Part shown: one piece after another, positions 12,697 to 25,501 of the stretch
Position numbering within the stretch: the stretch's first letter is position 1
How the letters are laid out: each line of letters begins with the position of its first letter
Made by a program: the position numbers and the translations under genes
From: Squalus acanthias
Lineage: Eukaryota
Direction of reading: 5' to 3'
NCBI GenBank assembly: GCA_030390025.1
Contig: JASTWF010000348.1
Span: 62,001 to 126,000 of the forward strand
Length of the DNA: 64,000 nucleotides
Notes under the pieces: generated by a model
What the model saw: only the letters and a program-made list of their open reading frames with translations
What the model was told of the DNA's origin: nothing
Databases searched by the model: none

Positions 12697-13430
12697 TATA
12701 TTCTCTGGAGTTGAGAAGAATGAGGTGTGATCTGATTGAAACATAGAAAATTCTTACAGGGCTTGACAGGGTAGATGCTGAGAGGATGTTTCACCCTGGC
12801 TGGGGAATCTAGAACCAGGGGTCACAGTCACAGAATAAGGGGTCGCCCATTTAAGACAGAGATGAGGAGAAACTTTTTCTCACCGAGGGTGGTGAGTCTT
12901 TGGAACTCTCTTCCTCAGAGGGCAGTGGAAGCGGAGTCTTTGAATATTTTGAAGGCAGAGGTAGATAGATTCTTGGTAAGCGAGGGGGTGAAAGGTTATC
13001 GGGGGTAGGCGGGAATGTGGAGTAATCGGATCAGCCATGATCTTATTGAATGGCGGAGCAGGCTCGAGGGGCCGAGTGGCCTACTCCTGCTCCTAGTTCG
13101 TATGTCCGTATTTAGGACTGAGAGGAGGAGAAATTTCTTCACTCAGAGGGTGGTGAATCTTTGGGAATTCTCTACCCCCCCAGAGGGCCGTGGAGGCTCA
13201 GTCGTTGAGTATATTCAAGACAGAGATCGATAGATTTTTGGGGACTAAGGCAATCGAGGGATATGGGGATCGGGCAGGAAAGTGGAGTTGAGGCCGAAGA
13301 TCAGCCATGATCTCATTGAATGGCGGAGCAGGCTCGAGGGGCCGAATGGCCCACTCCTGCTCCTAATTCTTATGTTCTTAAGAGGAATTTGGTTAAGACG
13401 GTCAAAACAGAGATGCACAAATAAGCAAGA

Positions 13431-13436
13431 TTTAAT
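13431..13436 (-). promoter_or_regulatory. Candidate poly(A) signal (ATTAAA) of ripk3
   Basis: tttaat on + strand about 165 nt downstream of the stop codon; a TATAAA variant lies about 12 nt before it in the transcript. Confidence 0.4.
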
Positions 13437-13601
13437 TTTCCTCTTTATAAAACAGGAGTTGGAGGGAGCAACCTTTTTTTATCCCTCAAAATTGTATTCC
13501 TGGGACCCAAGGGATCCAGAATGATCTGCAAGGCTGAACTGGGGGGGGCTGTCCGTGTTGAGGGCCCGGATTTCGATGCACATCTGTTTGTGGGACCGAC
13601 G

Positions 13602-13705
13602 CTATCGTCTGGCTAACTTCTTGGCCTTCACCTTGGTTATGTTCATGGTGTTCCCATGCCCAATCTGAAGCCCTTCGATATTGGAGTTCAGGATGGTGAT
13701 ATTCC
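13602..13705 (-). CDS. ripk3: RIPK3 last coding exon with RHIM motif
   Basis: Acceptor cttctctttgcatttag; phase 1. GNITILNSNIEGLQIGHGNTMNITKVKAKKLARR*. Matches the RHIM pattern I.I.....(V/I/L)QIG..N.M.I. Confidence 0.92.
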
Positions 13706-13829
13706 CTAAATGCAAAGAGAAGAGGACGTCAAAGTGGACCCGATCGCTTTACACAGGCAAGTCTCTGGAGGAGTCAAGGAGCTTTCAATCGCAACGGAAG
13801 GGAGACGGTTAAAAGGGCAGGTGTCGCAC

Positions 13830-14329
13830 ATAACAGCGATTTACTTGTACTTCTTGCAATTTAGTCGACTGTATTCGCTGCTCACGGTGCGGTCTCCTCT
13901 ACGCTGGGGAGACCGAACGCAGATTGGGTGACCGCTTTTGCGGAACACCTCCGTTCAGTCCGCAAGCGTGACCCCGAGCTTTCCAGCCGCCTGTCACTTT
14001 GATTCTCCGGCCCCACTCCCACTCTGAACTCCCTCCGTCCTGGGCCTCCTACCCTGTTCCAACGAAGCCCAACGTAAGCTTGAGGAACAGCACCTCATCT
14101 TTCGATGAGGCACTTTACAGCCTCCCGCACTCAACACCGAGTTCAACAATTTCAGATCACGACCTCTGCCCCCATCCTCCCTTTTGTTATTTAATCTCTC
14201 CTGCCTTCCACCCGATCACAGACCTTCCCTTTTGTTCCTTCCTCCCCTCCCCCCTTTCCCCGCCTCTGTACTTTGCTTAAAACCTGTTACATCTCTAACT
14301 TTTTCCGGTTCTGCCGAAACGATAACTCT
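13830..14329 (+). mobile_element. Degenerate Penelope-like fragment (GIY-YIG end and 3' region), continuing at 15095-15160
   Basis: Translates FTCTSCNLV.CIRCSRCGLLY.GET.RRLGDRFAEHLRSV. Confidence 0.8.
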
Positions 14330-14613
14330 GGGCTGGAATTTGTCTTGGGGTCGGGTTGGGGTCGTGTAATCCGCATTTCGTGTTTCCCCCCCCACCGACT
14401 CCAGATTAATGTGGATGCCTGGTGCAACTTTCACTTAATTGGGCAATTGAGTTGGAGCATGTGGGAACCCATGAACTAATTAGTGGTTTCAGTCTGAAAG
14501 TCGCCTCTGATGATGTCATCATTGCTGACTGCCTGGTCTCAGAGACTGTTGGTGAGAGAGGACCTGCCTGGCTATTGATGTGAGTGGACCTGGATCCAAA
14601 AAAGGGGAGGAGG

Positions 14614-14652
<39 letters not shown>

Positions 14653-15094
14653 GAATGCAAATCCTCCCAGGCAGTCTCTGAAGACATTCAATGCAGCATC
14701 ATCAGAGGCGACGTTCACACCTAATACTACTACTACCTTCATCACATCTCCGTTGTAATAGTGGACCTGCAGCTGATAGTCAGCTATCCAATTGTGCTCC
14801 CGCCAGGTTTCACTGGCGTGTTTCACACCAGGCGTGCTTCACGTCAGAAGAGGGTTAAACTAGCTAAAACGTTTCAAAATGGCATTACAGAGCCAATTTA
14901 GGGCTTGTTAAGGGCTTTAATGGCCTCTCCCGCCTCTTGGAGGCGGGACGGAGTCGGGAACCTCGCGACTGATTCTGTCAAAATTGCGTGGAGGCGGGAT
15001 GGAGTCGGGATGGGGTCGGGACCCCCGAATCTGCAACTTTAACCCCCCCACACGCCTCCAAACCCGACTCCATGGGTCATTCAAAATCCAGCCC
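14330..15094. mobile_element. MITE family 1, complete copy
   Basis: TIR gggctggaattt / aaaatccagccc; 3-bp TSD TCT; inserted in the Penelope tail. Confidence 0.9.
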
Positions 15095-15287
15095 TCTGTT
15101 TCTCTCTCCACTGATGCTGCCTGACCTGCTGAGTATTTCCAGCACTTTCAGTTTTTAAGTCACTGTGGAGCCCCTGACAGAAGAGAGATCTTCACCCCCC
15201 CTGTTTCTTGGGCTGGATTTGACCCCAGGTTCCAGAGGGTGAAAGGTCACTGCCGTTTACGGTAGAGAGTTCCAAACGTTTTTTTTA

Positions 15288-15990
15288 AAATTCATTCATG
15301 GGATGTGGGCGTGGCTAGCAAGGCCAGCATTTATTGCCCATCCCTAATTGCCCCTTGAGAAGGTGGTGGTGAGCCGCCTTCTTGAACCGCTGCAGTCCGT
15401 GTGGTGAAGGTACTCCCACAGTGCTGTTAGGGAGGGAGTTCCAGGATTTTGACCCAGCGACGATGAAGGATCGGCGATATACTTCCAAGTCAGGATGGTG
15501 TGTGACTCGGAGGGGGAACTTGGAGGTGGTGGTGTTCCCTTGCGCCTGCTGCCCTTGTCCTTCTAGGTGGAAGAGGTCGCGGGTTTGGGAGGTGCTGCCG
15601 AAGAAGCCTTGGCGAGTTGCTGCAGCGCATCTTGTAGATGGTACACACTGCAGCCATGGTACGCCGGTGGTGGAGGGAGTGAATGTTTAAGGTGGTGGAT
15701 GGGGTGCCGATCAAGCGGGCTGCTTTGTCCTGGATGGTGTCGAGCTTCTTGAGTGTTGTTGGAGCTGCACTCATCCAAACAAGTGGAGAGTATTCCATCA
15801 CACTCCTGACTTGTGCCTTGTAGATGGTGGAAAGGCTTTGGGGAGTCAGGAGGTGAGACACTCGCCGCAGAATACCTAGCCTCTGACCTGCTCTTGTTGC
15901 CACAGTATTTATGTGGCTGGTCCAGTTAAGTTTCTGGTTAATGGTGACCCCCCAGGATGTTGATGGTGTGGGATTCGGCGATGGTAACGC
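15288..15990 (-). mobile_element. LINE 3' fragment (L2/CR1 group)
   Basis: GVTINQKLNWTSHIN..ATRAGQRLGILRR...IYKAQVRSVMEY RT thumb region. Confidence 0.8.
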
Positions 15991-16376
15991 CACTTCTACC
16001 ACCCTTTGTGTGTAGAAGTGTTTCCTAATTTCGCTCCTGAAAGGTCTGGCTCTAATTTTGAGACTGTGTCCCCTAGTCCTAGAATCTCCAACCAGCGGAA
16101 ATAGTTTCTCTCTATCTCCCCTATCTGTTCCCCTTAAAAATGGAAAACCTCGATCGAATCACCCATGAGCCATCTAAATTCCCGAGAACACAACTCTAGT
16201 TTGTGTAGCTTTGTACTAAAAGAGCAATCGTGCTTCGTCCCGCGCCTCCACTTTGTGTCCGTAACCCTCTCAGCTCCTCATCCTCAAGGACCTGTCCAAC
16301 TCCCTCTGAAAATCATTTGCCGAATCAGCTCCCACCCCCTTTTCAGGGAGAGCGTTCCAGAGCTCGACAACTCTCT

Positions 16377-17119
16377 GGGCTGGATTTTGATACTGGGGCA
16401 GGTTGGGGTCGTGTCATCCGCATTTCGTGTTATCCACCCGCCTGCAATTGGATGTGGGAGATTGATGCAATTTTCACTTAGTTGGGCAATTGAGTTCCAG
16501 CATGTGGGAACCCATGAACCAATTAGTGGTTTCAGTCTGAAAGTCGCCTCTGATGATGTCATCATTGCTGCTGCATTGCAGGTCAGAGACTGCCTGGCCT
16601 TCGCTGTGAGAGGACCTGGATGCAAAATGAACAGCATCTCAGGAGAGAGAGAGAGTATTTTTTTTGCATCCAGGTCCTCTCACAGCAAAGGCCAGGCAGT
16701 CTCTGAAGACATTCAATGCAGCAGCATCAGAGGCGACTTTCAGACCTAATACTACTACTACCTTCATCACATCTCCGTTGTAATAGTGGACCTGCAGCTG
16801 ATAGTCAGCTATCCACTTGTGCTCCCGCCAGGTTTCACTGGCGTGTTTCACATCAGGCGTGTTTCACGTGGGAAAAGGGTTAAACTAGCTAAAACGTTTC
16901 AAAATGGCATTGCAGAGCCAATTTAGGGCTTGTTAAGGGCTTTAATGGCCTCTCCCGCCTCTTGGAGGCGGGACGGAGTCGGGAACACCGCACACGATTT
17001 CATCAAAATTGCGTGGAGGCGGAATGGAGGCGGGATCGGGTCCGCCCGCCACTTTTCGCAATTTTAACCCCCCCACACCCCTCCAAACCCGCCTCCACGG
17101 CCCTATGAAAATCCAGCCC
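16377..17119. mobile_element. MITE family 1, complete copy
   Basis: Perfect 12-bp TIR gggctggatttt / aaaatccagccc; TSD TCT; removing it restores a CR1-like acaactctctgagtgaaa. Confidence 0.9.
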
Positions 17120-17309
17120 TCTGAGTGAAAACATTTCTCCTCAGCTCCCCTCTAGATCCTTTGGCCAATGATTTTGAATCTATGGCCTGTGGTTATTGAC
17201 CCACTCGTCAGAGGGACGAGTTTTTTCTCTATCTACTCGACCCAAACCTCTCCTCATCGTAAAGACCTCTATTGCGTCACCAATATGAAGGAATAAAGCT
17301 GATTCTTAC

Positions 17310-17343
17310 CTAAACCACGTCCTGATGACCTTTGCACCGTCTT
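17310..17343 (-). CDS. ripk3: RIPK3 exon H (34-nt micro-exon)
   Basis: Acceptor gtttgtttgtctttcag, donor TAG|gtaaga; phase 0->1. KTVQRSSGRGL. Needed to put the RHIM exon in frame. Confidence 0.8.
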
Positions 17344-17439
17344 CTGAAAGACAAACAAACGCAAGTTCAGACTTCCACGGTCGCCCTTTGCCCCATGCTA
17401 ACCTTTGACCTCTGACATCTGACCTTTCGGTACAGTTAC

Positions 17440-17528
17440 CTGAGCAGGTGTTTTCTGATTGGTTGGCATGCACTCCTGGCTGTTACTCAGTGTGGGCTCA
17501 GGTGATTTTTCTCTGTCCTGGTTGGTTG
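17440..17528 (-). CDS. ripk3: RIPK3 exon G (linker)
   Basis: Acceptor ccccatttcatcctccag, donor CAG|gtaact; 89 nt. The only open frame is phase 1->0: ATNQDREKSPEPTLSNSQECMPTNQKTPAQ. Confidence 0.75.
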
Positions 17529-17589
17529 CTGGAGGATGAAATGGGGACAGACAGATGTTGCAACAGCTGTTAGAGAGGCTCCAATCACA

Positions 17590-19078
17590 GCTTCACATTC
17601 AATCCCATTGTACACAATCCAAATGGACCCAACCCCTTCCCATTCACTCCCATTGTACACGATCCCAATGGATCCAACCCGTTCCCATTCACTCCCATTG
17701 TACATGATCCCAATGGACCCAACCCCTTCCCATTCACTCCCATTATACACAATCCCAATGGACCCAACCCCTTCCCATTCGCTCCCATTGTACACAATCC
17801 CAATGGACCCAACCCTTCCCATTCACTCCCATTATACACAATCGCAATGGACCCAAACCCTTCCCATTCATTCCCATTATACACAATCCCAATGGACCCA
17901 ACCCCTTCCCATTCACACCCACTGTACATAATCCCAATGGGCCCAACCCCTTCCCATTCACTCCCATTGTACACAATCCCAATGGACCCAACCCCATCCC
18001 ATTCACTCCCATTATACACAATCCCAATGGACCCAACCCCTTCCCATTCACTCCCACTGTACACAATCCTAGTGGACCCAATCCCTGCCCATTCACACCC
18101 ATTATATACAATCCCAATGGACCCGAACCCTTCCCATTCACTCCCATTATACACAATCCCAATGGACCCAAACCATTCCCATTCACTCCCATTATACACA
18201 ATCCCAATGGACCCAATCCCTTTCCATTCACTCCCACTGTACATAATCCCAATGGACCCAACCCCTTCCCATTCACTCCCATTGTACACAATCCCAATGG
18301 ACCCAACCCCTTCTCATTCACTCCCATTGTACACAATCCCAATGGACCCAACCCCTTCCCATTCACACCCATTATATACAATCCCAATGGACCCAACCCC
18401 TTCCCATTCACCCCCATTGTACACAATTCCAATGGACCCAACCACTTCCCATTCACTCCCATTGTACACAATGCCAATGGATCTAAACTCTTCCCATTAA
18501 ATCCCATTGTACACAATTCCAATGAACCCAACCACTTCCCATTCACTCCCATTGTACACAATCCCAATGGACCCAACCCCTTCCCATTTACTCCCACTGT
18601 GCACAATCCCAATGGACCCAGCCCCTTCCCATTCACTCCCACTGTACACAATCCCAATGGACCCAACCCCTTCCCATTCACACCCATTATATACAATCCC
18701 AATGGACCCAACCCCTTCCCATTCACCCCCATTGTACACAATTCCAATGGACCCAACCACTTCCCATTCACTCCCATTGTACACAATGCCAATGGATCTA
18801 AACTCTTCCCATTAAATCCCATTGTACACAATTCCAATGAACCCAACCACTTCCCATTCACTCCCATTGTACACAATCCCAATGGACCCAACCCCTTCCC
18901 ATTTACTCCCACTGTGCACAATCCCAATGGACCCAGCCCCTTCCCATTCACTCCCACTGTACACAATTCCAATGGACCCAACCACTTCCCATTCACTCCC
19001 ATTGTACACAATGCCAATGGATCCAAACTCTTCCCATTAAATCCCATTGTACACAATCCAATGAACTCAACCCCTTCC
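17590..19078. repeat. 45-bp minisatellite
   Basis: Unit cccattgtacacaatcccaatggacccaaccccttcccattcact; 15-aa periodic ORFs; internal 315-bp (7-unit) duplication. Confidence 0.95.
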
Positions 19079-19099
19079 CGCTTCCTGCTTATGCCTGTA

Positions 19100-20557
19100 G
19101 CCTGAACCGGGGCTACGGACGGAAACGGGGCTACAGGCGGAAACGGGGCTACAGGTGAAAACGGGGTAATGTGCGGAAACTGGGACATACAGGCGGAAAC
19201 GGGGCTACAGGCGGAAATGGGGCTATGGGCTGAAACGGGGCTACAGGCGGAAATGGGGCTACGGGCTGAAACGGGGCTACAGGCTGAAATGGGGCTACAG
19301 GCAGAAATGGGGCTACAGGCTGAAACGGGGCTATGGGCTGAAACGGGGCTGCAGTCGGAAACAGGGCTACAGGCAGAAACGGGGCTACAGGCTGAAACGG
19401 GGCTACGGGCTGAAACGGGGCTACAGGCTGAAACGGGGCTACAGGCGGAAACGGGGCTGCAGTCGGAAACGGGGCCACAGGCAGAAACGGGGCTACGGGC
19501 TGAAACGGGGCTACAGGCGGAAACGGGGCTACAGGCAGAAACGGGGCTGCAGTCGGAAACGGGGCCACAGGCAGAAACGGAACTACAGTCGGAAACGGGG
19601 CTACAGGCAGAAACGGGGCTACAGGCTGAAACGGGGCTACGGGCTGAAACGGGGCTGCAGTCGGAAACGGGGCTACAGGCAGATACGGGGCTACAGGCTG
19701 AAACGGGGCTACGGGCTGAAACGGGGCTACGGGCTGAAACGGGGCTACAGGCTGAAACGGGGCTACAGGCTGAAACGGGGCCACAGGCAGAAACGGAGCT
19801 ACAGTCAGAAACGGGGCTACAGGCAGAAACGGGGCCACAGGCAGAAACGGAGCTACAGTCGGAAACGGGGCTACAGGCAGAAACGGGGCTACAGGCAGAA
19901 ACGGGGCTACAGGCTGAAACGGGGCTACGGGCTGAAACGGGGCTGCAGTCGGAAACGGGGCTACAGGCAGAAACGGGGCTACAGGCTGAAACGGGGCTAC
20001 GGGCTGAAACGGGGCTACGGGCTGAAACGGGGCTACAGGCAGAAACGGGGCTACAGGCAGAAACGGGGCTACAGGCTGAAACGGGGCTACGGGCTGAAAC
20101 GGGGCTACAGGCGGAAACGGGGCTACAGGCGGAAACGGGGCTACGGGCTGAAACGGGGCTACAGGCGGAAACGGGGCTATAGGCGGAAACGGGGCTGCAG
20201 TCGGAAACGGGGCCACAGGCAGAAACGGAGCTACAGTCGGAAACGGGGCTACAGGCAGAAACGGGGCTACAGGCTGAAACGGGGCTACGGGCTGAAACGG
20301 GGCTACAGGCGGAAACGGGGCTATAGGCGGAAACGGGGCTGCAGTCGGAAACGGGGCTACAGGCAGAAACGGGGCTACAGGCTGAAACGGGGCTACGGGC
20401 TGAAACGGGGCTACAGGCGGAAACGGGGCTACAGGCGGAAACGGGGCTACAGGCGGAAACGGGACTACAGGCGGAAACGGGGCTACAGTTGGAAACAGGA
20501 CTACAGGCGGAAATGATGCTACAGGCTGAAACAGGGCTACAGGCGGAAACGGGACTT
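19100..20557. repeat. 18-bp minisatellite (possible alternative ripk3 exon at 19191-20557)
   Basis: Unit gaaacggggctacaggc(t/g/a) repeated about 80 times without length change over 19191-20557. Confidence 0.95.
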
Positions 20558-21451
20558 CTGGCGGTGGAGAGGGGGAGAAGCTCCAAGGAAATTCCCTCAG
20601 GACTGCTTGTCAATTACCGAGATGAGCTAATGAATTGCTTATTATTTACAGTAATCAGGAAGGCAAATGGAATGTTGGCCTTTATTGCAAGGGGGGTGGA
20701 GTATAAAAGTAGGGACGTCCTGCTACAACTGTACAGGGTATTGGTGAGACCACACCTGGAGTACTGCGTGCAGTTTTGGTCTCCTTATTTAAGGAGGGCT
20801 ATACTTGTATTGGAGGCGGTAGAGAGGGCTTCAAACTAAATAGTGGGGGCAAGGGATCAAATTTGTGGTAAATGAAAGAGTGGAGACAAGGCAAGAAAGA
20901 AAGGTATTAATATGGGAAATGATAAACAGATCGTGACAGGAAGGGATAGAGAGTACAAATCTAAGAGTAAATCAACAGTTAAGGCTAGAGGTTACAAAAA
21001 TAATAAAAGGACAAAACTAAAGGCTCTGCATCTGAATGCACATTGCATTCGAAACAAAACAGATGAACTGATAGCGATAATAGAAATAAATAAGTACGAT
21101 CTGATAGCCATTACAGAAACATGACTGCAGGATGACATAGATTGGGACCTGAATATTGAAGGGTACATGACAGTTAGGAAGGACAGGAAGCTAGCAAAAG
21201 GTGGAGGGGTGGCTCTGCTAATTAATGATGGTATTAGCACAATAGAGAGGGATGACCTAAGTTCAGGAAACCAGGATGTAGTAGCGGTTTGGGTTGAAAT
21301 GAGAAATGATGAAGGCAAGAAGTCACTTGTGGGAGTGGTGTACAGGCCCCCTAACAGTAACCACATGGTAGGATGGAGTATAAAGGGAGAAATAATGAGA
21401 GCTTGTCAGAAAGGTACGGCAATAATCATGGGGGATTTTAATCTACATATA

Positions 21452-24400
21452 AAGATAAAGGTAAAGTAGTAAAGGGGGTAAAAGCAGGAATAAATTGTCA
21501 CAAAACATATTTAAAAGTTCTTTATCTGAATGCACGCAGCATTCGTAACAAAATAGACGAATTGACGGTACAAATAACTACGTATGGGTATGATCTTGTG
21601 GCCATTACAGAAACATGGCTGCAGGGTGACAACGACTGGGAATTAAATATGCCAGGGTATTTAACAATCAGGAAGGACAGACAGGAAGGAAGAGGAGGTG
21701 GGGTAGCTATGTTAATAAAGGAAGGAATCACTGTATTACAGAGAAATGATATTGGGTCAAAGGATCAGGATAATGAAACAGTTTGGGTGGAGATAAGGAA
21801 TAATAAAGGGAAAAAAACACTAGTGGGAGTAGTATATAGGCCTCCTAATAGTTGCAACTCTGCTGGAAGAAGTATTAATCAGGAAATAGTTGGGGCATGT
21901 AATAAGGGAACAGCTATAATTATGGGGGATTTTAACTATCATATTAACTGGACAAATCAAATTGGGCAGGGCAGCCTTGAGGAAGAGTTTATTGAGTGTA
22001 TTAGGGATGGATTTCTTGAGCAGTATGTAACTGATCCTACAAGGGGGCAAGCAACCTTGGACCTGGTACTGTGTAATGAGTCAGGATTAATTAATAATGT
22101 CCTAGTTAAGGATCCCCTTGGAATGAGTGACCATAACATGGTTGAATTCCATATCCAATTACAGGGTGAGAAGATTGGTTCTCAGACAAGCGTACTGAGC
22201 TTGAATAAAGGAGACTATGATGGTATGAGAGCGGAATTGATTAAAGTGGACTGGGAAAATAGATTAAAGGGTAAGACGGTACATGAGCAGTGGTGTTCAT
22301 TTAAGGAGTTATTTTACAACTTTCAAAAAATATATATTCCACTGAGGAAAAAAGGGTGTAAAAGAAATGACAGCCATCCGTGGCTAAGTAAAGAAATTAA
22401 GGATAGTATCCAACTAAAAACAAGGACATATAAGGTAGCCAAACTTAGTGGGAGGATAGAAGATTGGGAAGTCTTCAAAAGACAGCAAAAAGTAACTAAA
22501 GGATTGATTAAGAAAGGGAAGATAGATTATGAAAATAAATTAGCAAAAAATATAAAAACAGATAGCAAGCGTTTCTATACATAGATACATAGATACATAG
22601 AAGATAGGAGCAGGAGTAGGCCATCCGGCCCTTCGAGCCTGCTCCGCCATTTAATGAGATCATGGCTGATCCTCCAATTCAGTATCCCGTCCCCGCCTTC
22701 TCTCCGTAACCCTTAACCCCTTTTGCCTGTAGAAATATATCTAATTCCCTCTTAAATATATTTAATGAGCTGGCGTACACTGCCCTCTGTGGCAATGAGT
22801 TCCACAGGTTCACCACCCTCTGAGTGAAGAAATTCCCCCTCATTTCTGTCCTAAATGGTTTAGCCCTTATCCTTAAATTATGTCCTCTAGTTCTGTTCTC
22901 ACCCGCCAAGGGAAACATTCCTTCTGCATCTAGTCTGTCTAGACCTGTCAGAATTTTATACACTTCTATGAGGTCCCCTCTCAATCTTCTAAACTCCAGT
23001 GTGTACATCCCTAAACTACATAGTCTCTCCTCATAGGTCAATCCCGCCATTCCTGGTATCAGCCTGGTGAATCGCCGCTGCACCCCCTCCATGGCAAGAA
23101 CATCTTTCCTCAGATGAGGCGACCAAAAGTTATATAAAAAGAAAAAGGGTGGCTAAGGCAAACGTAGGTCCCTTAGAGGATGAGACCGGGAAATTAATGG
23201 TGGGAAACATGGAGATGGCAAAAATGCTGAACAAATATTTTGTTTCAGTCTTTACGGTAGAGGACACTAAGAATATCCTAACACTGGACAAACAGGGGGC
23301 TCTAGTGGGGGAGGAGCTAAATACGATTAAAATTACTAAGGAATTGGTACTCAGTAAAATAATGGGACTCAAGGCGGATAAATCCCCTGGACCTGATGGC
23401 TTACATCCTAGGGTCTTGAGGGAAGTGGCGGTAGGGATTGTGGATGCTTTGGTAATAATTTTCCAAAATTCCCTGGAATCAGCAAAGGTCCCGGCAGATT
23501 GGAAAACTGCTAATGTAACACTCTTATTTAAAAAGGGTAGTAGGCAGAAAGCTGGAAATTATAGACCAGTTAGTCTAACATCTGTGGTGGGTAAAATTTT
23601 GGAGTCTATTATTAAGGAGACAGTAACGGAACATTTAGATAAACATAATGTAATAGGACAAAGTCAGCATGGCTTTATGAAGGGGAAATCATGTCTGACA
23701 AATTTGCTTGAGTTCTTTGAGGACATAACGTACAGGGTGGATAAAGGGGAACCAATGGACGTAGTGTATTTAGACTTCCAGAAGGCATTCGACAAGGTGC
23801 CACATAAAAGATTATTGCTCAAGATAAAAAATCACTGGATTGGGGGGAATATTCTGGCATGGGTGGAGGATTGGTTATCTAACAGGAAGCAGAGAGTTGG
23901 GATAAATGGTTCATTCTCGGACTGGCAACCAGTAGCCAGTGGTGTTCCGCAGGGGTCGGTGCTGGGTCCCCAACTCTTTACAATCTATATTAACGATTTG
24001 GAGGAGGGGACCGAGTGTAACATATCAAAGTTTGCAGATGATACAAAGATGGGAGGGAAAGTAGAAAGTGAGGAGGACATAAAAAACCTGCAAGGGGATA
24101 TAGACAAGCTGGGTGAGTGGGCAGAGATTTGGCAGATGCAATACAATATTGGAAAATGTGAGGTTATGCACTTTGGCAGGAAAAATCAGAGAGCAAGTTA
24201 TTATCTTAATGGCGAGAAACTGGAAAGTACTGCAGTACAAAGGGATCTGGGGGTCCTAGTGCAAGAAAATCAAAAAGTTAGTATGCAGGCGCAGCAGGTG
24301 ATCAAGAAGGCCAACGGAATGTTGGCTTTTATTGCTAAGGGGATAGATTATAAAAACAGGGAGGTATTGCTGCAGTTATATAAGGTATTGGTGAGACCGC

Positions 24401-25068
24401 ATCTGGAATACTGCATACAGTTTTGGTGTCCATACTTAAGAAAAGACATACTTGCTCTTGAGGCAGTACAAAGAAGGTTCACTCGGTTAATCCCCGGGAT
24501 GAGGGGGTGGACATACGAGGAGAGGTTGAGTAGATTGGGACTCTACTCATTGGAGTTCAGAAGAATGAGAGGCGATCTTATTGAAACATATAAGATTGTG
24601 AAGGGGCTTGATCGGGTGGATGCGGTAAGGATGTTCCCAAGGATGGGTGAAACTAGAACTAGGGGGCATAATCTTAGAATAAGGGGCTGCTCTTTCAAAA
24701 CTGAGATGAGGAGAAACTTCTTCACTCAGAGGGTAGTAGGTCTGTGGAATTTGCTGCCCCAGGAAGCTGTGGAAGCTACATCATTAAATAAATTTAAAAC
24801 AGAAATAGACAGTTTCCTAGAAGTAAAGGGAATTAGGGGTTACGGGGAGCGGGCAGGAAATTGGACATGAGGCTGAGTTCGGATCGGTCGAGGCCCTGTG
24901 GGTGGCGTAGCGGGCCTAGGGGCTGAGTGGCCGGGTCCTGCTCCTACTTCTTGTGTTCTTTAGATTTGAGGTGAGGATCAGATCAGCCATGATCTTATTG
25001 AATGGCGGAGTAGGCTCGAAGGGCCGATTGGCCTACTCCTGCTCCTATTTCTTATGTTCTTATGTTCT
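21452..25068 (+). mobile_element. Near full-ORF2 CR1 nested in a CR1
   Basis: ORFs 21562-22578 and 23128-24870 are in one frame once the 22580-23127 insert is removed; (tatgttct)n tail. Confidence 0.93.
22580..23127 (-). mobile_element. Young 5'-truncated CR1
   Basis: Almost identical to the 3' end of the CR1 at 51008-53739; (tatctatg)n tail. Confidence 0.93.
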
Positions 25069-25501
25069 TATATAGACTGGAAAAATCAGATGGGCAAAGG
25101 TGGCCTAGATGAGGAGTTCATAGAATGTTTTCGGGATAGTTTCTTAGAACAGCACGTTCTGGAACCAACCAGAGAGCAGGCTATACTGGACCTGGTATTG
25201 TGCAACGAGATAGGATTAAATAATGACCTCATAGTGAAGGCGCCCCTAGGTAGCAGTGATCATAATATGATTGAATTTTACATTCAGTTTGAGGGAGAGA
25301 AGAGTGGGTCCAAGACTAGTATTTTAAACTTAAATAAAGGCAATTATGAGGGCATGAAAGCAGAGCTAGCTAAAGTGAACTGGCAAATTAGGTTAAGGGA
25401 TAGGTCAATAGAGTTGCGGTGGCAGACATTTAAGAGGATATTTCAAAATACACAGAATATATACATTCCAACAAGAAAGAAAAATTCCAAGGGGAGGACC
25501 C

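Larger units (their letters stand above)
11710..13380 (+). mobile_element. Cluster of at least three CR1 3' fragments
   Basis: ORF LERVQKRFTRMVPG...RGD...TRGH...FFTQRVV; repeated CR1 3' UTRs ending near 12215, 13110 and 13380. Confidence 0.85.

Noticed and set aside
19169..20182. (AETGLQ)n 337-aa ORF on the + strand
   Set aside because: Antisense frame of the 18-bp repeat; it has in-frame stops and no gene context.
17743..20613. 956-aa collagen-like or Cys-rich ORF on the - strand
   Set aside because: It is a read-through of two unrelated minisatellites whose units are multiples of 3. Only 19191-20557 is kept, as a tentative exon.
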